From NCBI GenBank assembly GCA_937873375.1, contig CALMWK010000125.1, forward strand, positions 24,870 to 88,869: 64,000 nt of DNA, in the 5' to 3' direction. The stretch is from Candidatus Bathyarchaeota archaeon. Its GTDB lineage: Archaea > Thermoproteota > Bathyarchaeia > Bathyarchaeales > Bathycorpusculaceae. Both the position numbers and the translations under genes were made by a program. The notes below the pieces were generated by a model. That model was not told the DNA's origin and searched no databases. It saw nothing but the letters and a program-made list of their open reading frames with translations. This document shows, piece by piece, positions 58,443 through 64,000 of the stretch. Every line of letters begins with the position of its first letter. The first letter of the stretch is position 1.

Positions 58443-59651
58443 TTATGCCCAGAAGCTTTTGGAGTATTCGCCTATTACACCTTCGTAAGTTTGCCGTGTT
58501 TGCTGGGCGATTTTGTCCCAGTCATACTTCTCCAGAATCTTCTTGTAGGCGTTTTCTCTGATGCTGTTTCGGAAGTTGTTATCCAGCAAAATTTTGGTTA
58601 TGCCCCAAGCCAGAGAATCCGTGTTGTTGGAGTAAGCTTTCACGCCTGTTTTTTCGTGGTCTACAATTTCGGATAAGCCGCCAGTGTCTGAAACGACCAC
58701 TGGGCTTTTGGCTGCCATGGCTTCTAAGGCTACGATGCCGAAGGGCTCAAACAGAGAGGGCACAACGCACACGTCCGCGCACTTCTGCAGCTTCAGCAGA
58801 TTTCCCTCATCCACGAAGCCTTCAAAGAGGACTTTATGCTCTAGCCCCATGCTTTTGACTATATTGCTAAGCTGGTCTCTCATGTAGCCTGTGCCTACGA
58901 TGACAAATTTTGCGTTGACTTTCTCCAGCACTTTTGGTACAGCGTTGATGAGTATGTGAATACCTTTCTCGTAGACTAAGCGTCCCACGTAGAGGACGAT
59001 TTTTTCTTCAGGCAACGCAAACTTGCGTCTAAACGCTGCCAGATCTTGGTTTTCTAAGCCATCGTAGATACGGGGGTTGACGCCGTTGGGCACCATAACC
59101 AGCTTGTCGCTGGGTAACCCAAACGCCCATTTTACGTGTTGGACCATGTAGTCGCTGCAACATATGACTCGCCAAGCTTCGTAGGTTAGCCACGCTTCAG
59201 TTTCATGAATCATTTTTTCGGTGCTGGTGTGCAAACCGTCTCTACGTCCAATCTCGGTAGAATGCATGGTGACTAGGAGGGGTTTGCGGAAGACATGTTT
59301 TAAGCCTATGCCTGCGGTTGCGACCAGCCAGTCGTGTGCGTGGAACACGTCAATTGGTTCTGGAAGTTTAGCTACTATGGAGGCGGCTTCTTTTTGCATG
59401 TTGAGGTTCATGAGGTAAACCCAAGTGGCGAAGTCTGGCGAGGGGTTCTTGTAGGAGTCTATCCGGTAAACTTCTACGCCGTCGATGACCTCGTGGGCTG
59501 GGGCGCCTGGGAAGTCGCAGGTGACTATGTGGACTTTGACGCCGTTTTTAGCCAAACTCTTAGATAAGAAGTACATGTGAGGGGAGATGCCGCCTATGAC
59601 TCTGGGGGGGAACTCCCAGCTGAGCATCATAACGTTGAGAGGGCGATTCAT
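58443..59651 (-). CDS. GT4 glycosyltransferase (probable glycogen synthase)
   Basis: WEFPP..IGG, HAHDWL, GRLVYEKG, EPFGIVALEAM; start moved to ATG 59651. Confidence 0.9.
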   Translation of the reverse strand: MNRPLNVMMLSWEFPPRVIGGISPHMYFLSKSLAKNGVKVHIVTCDFPGAPAHEVIDGVEVYRIDSYKNPSPDFATWVYLMNLNMQKEAASIVAKLPEPIDVFHAHDWLVATAGIGLKHVFRKPLLVTMHSTEIGRRDGLHTSTEKMIHETEAWLTYEAWRVICCSDYMVQHVKWAFGLPSDKLVMVPNGVNPRIYDGLENQDLAAFRRKFALPEEKIVLYVGRLVYEKGIHILINAVPKVLEKVNAKFVIVGTGYMRDQLSNIVKSMGLEHKVLFEGFVDEGNLLKLQKCADVCVVPSLFEPFGIVALEAMAAKSPVVVSDTGGLSEIVDHEKTGVKAYSNNTDSLAWGITKILLDNNFRNSIRENAYKKILEKYDWDKIAQQTRQTYEGVIGEYSKSFWA

Positions 59652-60283
59652 GTGTTGTTTGAGCCTCCCTTGATGGCGGTTTTGTAGGTTGCTATGATAT
59701 TTTTTACCCAAGAGTTTGTGTCTGGAGTGATAACTTTGATTTTTTCTTTAGGCACCTGATATATTCGGTTTATTTCGGATTGCATCCACTCGGTTTTCGC
59801 AGTGACTGTTTGTGCCTCGTAGAAGCCCAGCCACTCTATGCCTCTAATTGCCATGTTGAAGGGCAGGTTGGCTTCTGGGGAGCGGTGGTCTTCGAGGCTA
59901 TCCACCGAGTAGACAAAAGGTATGCCTAACGCGTGTTTCAGCGTGACAGCGGCTGGGATGAAGTGCCAGTCGTACACATCTATGAGGTCAACGTGTTTTG
60001 TTTGGTAGAATATGTTTGCTGCGGCGCGTTCCACTTCTTGGTTAAGCGTTAAAACCCATGTTAAGAGGCTGATGTGGGTCTGCACGGGGTTTGCCACCCT
60101 GACAACTTTTACGCCGCTGGGTTCTTGGGTTGTGCCTGTCATGGATTCGTGGTAGGTGACAACGTGAGTTTCCACTTTGTCTTTTACGAGTTGCATGGCT
60201 AAGGTGCTCACGTACTCGGCGAGTTTACCCACTATCCTTGGAGGATATTCCCATGAGAAAATTATGACGCGCATTCCTGTCAC
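59648..60283 (-). CDS. stand-alone GT4 N-terminal domain protein
   Basis: WEYPPRIVG, DWH; paralogous to the N-half of the next gene; lacks the EPFG domain. Confidence 0.85.
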   Translation of the reverse strand: MTGMRVIIFSWEYPPRIVGKLAEYVSTLAMQLVKDKVETHVVTYHESMTGTTQEPSGVKVVRVANPVQTHISLLTWVLTLNQEVERAAANIFYQTKHVDLIDVYDWHFIPAAVTLKHALGIPFVYSVDSLEDHRSPEANLPFNMAIRGIEWLGFYEAQTVTAKTEWMQSEINRIYQVPKEKIKVITPDTNSWVKNIIATYKTAIKGGSNNT

Positions 60284-60540
60284 TAAGTGAAGATTGAACA
60301 GACTTTAATTATGCCTTTTCCTGTGAGGTAGTAGCGTTTTTTGCCTTCGTTATCGTAGAAGTTTTCGGCGAAACCTTCAGACTTGTACTTGTCCAGTATG
60401 GTTTCAATTTCGCTTGAGTCTTTCTGCAAAATCCTCGCCACTTCTTCGCCTCTTCTTGCCAGGTCCGCGGCGGTGGCACACAGGTTGTGAAGGGTTTGCA
60501 GGACTTTGTCGGGAAACGGTAGCTCTTCTCTCAATGTCAT
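60283..60540 (-). CDS. small winged-helix-like protein
   Basis: EEVARIL...L....EG......RYYLTGKG wing pattern. Confidence 0.65.
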   Translation of the reverse strand: MTLREELPFPDKVLQTLHNLCATAADLARRGEEVARILQKDSSEIETILDKYKSEGFAENFYDNEGKKRYYLTGKGIIKVCSIFT

Positions 60541-60605
60541 TTGCCTCTTTTCTGTTAGTAAATACTCGGGGTTTTGTACTTATAAACTCATGCACAATAC
60601 TTTTT

Positions 60606-62153
60606 CTACAGCAGTTTGGTGGCTGCTTGCACTTGCTGGCTGGCTTCGGTGTATCTTTCCTGAGTTGCAGTAAGGAGTCTTTTTCTGAGGTCTTCTCCTT
60701 TCACTTTGGATGTTTTAATTGCCTCCAGCTGAGCTTTCAGGATTTCATCTTTCAAGGAGTGTTCTGCCCAGCTTGCAAAGTCGCCTCGCCGATTATGAAA
60801 CTCCAACGCTTTCACGTCCACATTCTCTAACGCTTTGGCGAAGCCTTTGAGGCTCCACGCCATCGTGCCAGTGTAGTTTTCGTCGCCTGCAGCGCTGCAG
60901 AAGAGGAAGGGTTCATTTGCCGTTAAGATTGCCAAGCGCACACGGGTCTCAAAGTCTATAAGGGCCGTTTCTGCTGCTACGAAGGCGTTTGCGGGGGTTT
61001 CGTAGGGGCTAAAGTATGAGTGGACTTCTCCCGGTCCTCCGCCTGCGCTGAACATGTAGTAGAGGTGGTCGCTGGTTTGGAAATACCGCCACAGCTTCAG
61101 CAATTCAGGGTCGTCTGCTTCGTGAATTAAAGGTTCTATTCTGCGCAGGTTCGTGTAGTACGCCCACTGCATGGCGTTGCCCAGCCAGCCGCTACTGTCT
61201 CGTTCAAGGTCTGCCCACGACACGGTTTTGCCTGTTTCAGGAACATCCACTTCTCCCGCTGGCTGGTATTTGTCTATAACTTCGGAGGGTGTTGCCATGT
61301 TGAGGTGGGGCCACTTGAGGATTTCTTCGGGTAGGTGCTGCAGGAAACCGTGGATGCCTGTTTCGGGCCACTGGTGTTCGCCGAAGGTTTCGTAGTCTGG
61401 GAAAATGCTTATGCAGTCCCCTTGGGTGTCGGCTAGCCAGTGAGCATACTTGCTTGCTGTGAGGGGCCACTCATTCCACCATCGGGCTGAGAAGCGGAAG
61501 CCAACGTCATCAGTTAACTTGTAATTTCGCAGGAGGAGGCGGATTTTTTTGCTGCCATGCGGCGTGTAGAGGTAGTTAGGGGATTTTTCGCCCAAGATTT
61601 TTTCGATGCCTTCAGTGAAGATGCCCTTGTATCCGAGGCTCTCGATGATTTTTGCGATGGCGTTGTTATAGAGCAACTCTGTGTTCTCAAAAACGGTTGG
61701 CGTGTAACCTAAGGTGGCTTTGATGATGTCGCGGTGCATCTTCACCTGTGCGATGAACTCGTCTTTTTCAGGGTACAAACTCGCAATCGAATGGTAGTAT
61801 GTTTGGTCTAGGAATTCTACGCAGCCCGATTTCGAAAGCTGCTTGAAGGTTTCCAGCAGGTCGGGGCTGTACATTTCGCATTGTTCCAAGTAGACGCCTG
61901 AGAGGCTGAAGGCGACTTTGACTTTGCGCTTCTCCTTTTTGTGTGCGTCAATCTGGTCAAGCAGAATCTGGTTGGATGGGAAGTAGCATTTTTTGGCGGC
62001 TCGCTGGAAAATCGCGCGGTCGGTTTCTCTGTCAAAATAGTAATTGAAAAGTTCCTCTTTTCGGGTGCGTTTGAAGACTTTGTTCTCCCAGAACAGGTTC
62101 TTGCGCAGCCTATGCGGTTGGTGAACTTCGAACACAAACACAATATCCGTCAA
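60606..62153 (-). CDS. GH57 glycoside hydrolase with C-terminal DUF5752-like domain
   Basis: EVHQP, QTYYH, NTEL, DYETFGEH, SWAD, QTSDH; C-terminal FH..RGDFASW. Confidence 0.93.
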   Translation of the reverse strand: MTDIVFVFEVHQPHRLRKNLFWENKVFKRTRKEELFNYYFDRETDRAIFQRAAKKCYFPSNQILLDQIDAHKKEKRKVKVAFSLSGVYLEQCEMYSPDLLETFKQLSKSGCVEFLDQTYYHSIASLYPEKDEFIAQVKMHRDIIKATLGYTPTVFENTELLYNNAIAKIIESLGYKGIFTEGIEKILGEKSPNYLYTPHGSKKIRLLLRNYKLTDDVGFRFSARWWNEWPLTASKYAHWLADTQGDCISIFPDYETFGEHQWPETGIHGFLQHLPEEILKWPHLNMATPSEVIDKYQPAGEVDVPETGKTVSWADLERDSSGWLGNAMQWAYYTNLRRIEPLIHEADDPELLKLWRYFQTSDHLYYMFSAGGGPGEVHSYFSPYETPANAFVAAETALIDFETRVRLAILTANEPFLFCSAAGDENYTGTMAWSLKGFAKALENVDVKALEFHNRRGDFASWAEHSLKDEILKAQLEAIKTSKVKGEDLRKRLLTATQERYTEASQQVQAATKLL

Positions 62154-62208
62154 CGGGGCGTGCCTCTACACATGCAATATCGTGGTAACGTTTATTTCTA
62201 GTTTGCCA

Positions 62209-62391
62209 TTATTGACGCTTCTCGGCGCCAAACCACTTAACAAACCATGCAAAACTGCCGCACTCATCCTTAGACGGACAAGACAAACATGGGAACTCTT
62301 TACCCGCAGCAGCTAACATCTGAATTATTTTGTCTTTAGTTGCCGTATCTAAAGCTAATTGGTTAACTTGTTTCTCAAATTCAGTAACCAT
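62209..62391 (-). CDS. small Cys-containing hypothetical protein
   Basis: 60 aa, CLSCPSKDEC...WF.KWF. Confidence 0.6.
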   Translation of the reverse strand: MVTEFEKQVNQLALDTATKDKIIQMLAAAGKEFPCLSCPSKDECGSFAWFVKWFGAEKRQ

Positions 62392-62431
62392 TCACTTGAC
62401 CCTTCTGCTGAGCGTGTAGTGTTTTTGTTGC

Positions 62432-62878
62432 TTATAGTCCGGGTTGGGTGAACGGGTTTGTCATGCCGACCAGCAGTTTCCCGAAGGTGTCTATGTGTTT
62501 TTCTTCTTCGCTTAGAATTTCTTCAAGTAAGCGTCGGGTGGCAAAGTCGCCTTCTTCGCCTGCAAGTTGTATGCCGCGCTTGTAAATTTCAATGGCTGAT
62601 TCCTCGTCCTGTTCGTCTTGCTTGAGCATTTCAAGTAGGCTGCCGCCTACAAAAATCGGCTCAGGCTTCGTTACAGGCACCCCATCCAAGTAGTCCAGCC
62701 TTTCGGCGAGAGCTTCTGCATGCTTCATTTCGGCTATGGCAATTTTCTTGAAGATGCCACTCACTAAGGCTCCGTCGAGTCCAGTCACTTGGACATGCTG
62801 CCACATATACTGAACGCTAACTTGGAGTTCACGGGCTATGGCTTTATTCAAAAGCTCCAACAATTTCTCAGAAACCAT
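62432..62878 (-). CDS. ferritin-like (bacterioferritin-type) protein
   Basis: ARE...QY, EMKHAE.LAER, EE.AI..Y, EEKH; start moved to ATG 62878. Confidence 0.92.
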   Translation of the reverse strand: MVSEKLLELLNKAIARELQVSVQYMWQHVQVTGLDGALVSGIFKKIAIAEMKHAEALAERLDYLDGVPVTKPEPIFVGGSLLEMLKQDEQDEESAIEIYKRGIQLAGEEGDFATRRLLEEILSEEEKHIDTFGKLLVGMTNPFTQPGL

Positions 62879-62946
62879 AACAAACACCAACAACCTATAC
62901 AGAAAAATCTGGTGGACTCAATATTTAAACCGTCCCCCAACCGTCA

Positions 62947-63061
62947 TATTTGGAGTCTATTAGTAATTGTATGCAGTTACCTATAGGGGGCAGGTTGAAA
63001 ATAGAAAAAAAGGGTAGGGGGAGGGGGTAGCAGAAACGTAGGGTACCCTACTAAGGGTCAG
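62947..63061 (-). repeat. dispersed intergenic repeat, copy B
   Basis: Reverse complement is colinear with 4443-4563. Confidence 0.85.
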
Positions 63062-63195
63062 ACAGCACAAAAATGCAAAACCAACCACACCAAACAACGC
63101 AAAACAAACAAAAAACACCCAAAACCCAAAGCAAACCACCATACAACACCCAAACAAACCATTAAAAACAAACACCAAACCCACACCACAACCTA
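63062..63195. repeat. A/C-rich low-complexity tract
   Basis: Almost only A and C on the + strand. Confidence 0.8.
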
Positions 63196-63263
63196 TTTAT
63201 TGCAAGATAAAAACACTTAGTGAAGCCTAATAAAAACTAGAAACTAAGGAGCGAAACGTTAGC

Positions 63264-63542
63264 ATGGCCGAAAACAATGCAGTGCTCATCGGACGCAAAC
63301 CAGTAATGAACTACGTGCTAGCCTGCATAACCCTCTTCCACGCCGGAGCAAAAGAGGTTAACGTTAAAGCACGTGGAAAAGCCATATGTCGCGCCATAGA
63401 CGTCGTCGAAGTTGTCAGACGCCGATTCTTACCCGACGTAAAAGTCACGAAAATCGGCATCGGAACCGACAAATTTACACCTCAAGACGAAACCGACGGT
63501 CAGACTAACGTAAGCACCATAGAAATAACAATAGCACGTTAA
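63264..63542 (+). CDS. alba: DNA/RNA-binding protein Alba (paralog 2)
   Basis: [30 protein letters not shown]. Confidence 0.95.
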   Translation: MAENNAVLIGRKPVMNYVLACITLFHAGAKEVNVKARGKAICRAIDVVEVVRRRFLPDVKVTKIGIGTDKFTPQDETDGQTNVSTIEITIAR

Positions 63543-63608
63543 CTCAAAATTTCAAGCTGGAGCGTAGCTCCGACGCTCCTCCGTTGAATTTACGGGAGGG
63601 CGTATTCC

Positions 63609-64000
63609 ATGAAAACTGAACTATGTAGTTTCTGTCTAAAAAGTGGCATGCTATGCCAAAAATGTGCAGCCAAAGTTAAAACTGGCGAAATCAGCGACCT
63701 AGACCTAAGAATCGCCCGTCAACTTCTTCTTCTAGAAGAAAAATACCCGTCCCTGCAAAACGTCTGCTTCTACAAAGCCGTCGACGCCAACAGAACCCTA
63801 GCATTAATCGTTGGACACGGTGACGTGCCCAGATTGCTAGGCTACGGTGGCAAAATCATCAAAGCCCTGAGCGAAGAAACAGGCAAATCCATCCGTATCT
63901 TAGAAAACGGTGTCGACGACCGCAAATTCCTCGAAGACCTGTTCATGCCGCTAAGCATACTCACCATCAACACCATCTGGCTACCCGACGGCACAACCGA
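63609..64000 (+). CDS. NusA-like KH-domain protein with N-terminal Zn finger, runs off window end
   Basis: Not in ORF track. MKTELCSFCLKSGMLCQKC...LLGYGGKIIKAL...INTIWLPDG. Confidence 0.85.
   Translation, partial: MKTELCSFCLKSGMLCQKCAAKVKTGEISDLDLRIARQLLLLEEKYPSLQNVCFYKAVDANRTLALIVGHGDVPRLLGYGGKIIKALSEETGKSIRILENGVDDRKFLEDLFMPLSILTINTIWLPDGTT

Noticed and set aside
4443..63061. Dispersed repeats as a CRISPR array or tRNA fragments
   Set aside because: Copies are kilobases apart with no regular spacers, no cas genes and no cloverleaf or T-loop motif
62981..63184. 67 aa hydrophobic ORF
   Set aside because: Translation of low-complexity tract plus repeat copy B

Overview
Gene-dense core chromosomal segment of a TACK-type archaeon, most likely Bathyarchaeia. 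This is inferred from the co-occurrence of an archaeal histone, two Alba paralogs, S25e/S26e, separate GINS23 and GINS15, Tes, TrpY and EndoQ. It holds replication genes (GINS23-MCM; TFS, PCNA-PriL-PriS-GINS15), translation genes (L44e-S27e-[aIF2alpha remnant]-Nop10-PAC2, S17e, S25e, S26e), thermosome-RpoK, lipid genes (Tes, inositol-1-P synthase, CDP-alcohol transferase), glycogen genes at both ends, HypA/ATPase-type HypB, TldD/PmbA, a VapBC pair and a few accessory genes. No tRNA, rRNA, CRISPR array or transposase was seen. Most notable: (1) the aIF2alpha slot of the conserved L44e-S27e-aIF2alpha-Nop10 cluster holds only a decayed 42-codon remnant, next to a CTG-initiated Nop10 and amid many TTG/GTG starts; (2) an unannotated family of dispersed intergenic repeats (5 loci) with a co-varying palindrome, G-tracts and a conserved TAATAGGCTCCAAATA-like end; (3) patchy A+C versus G+T strand skew that flips within genes; (4) candidate structured RNA leaders at Alba and the NusA-like gene. 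All calls were made by eye from motifs and remembered family consensus; no searches were run.
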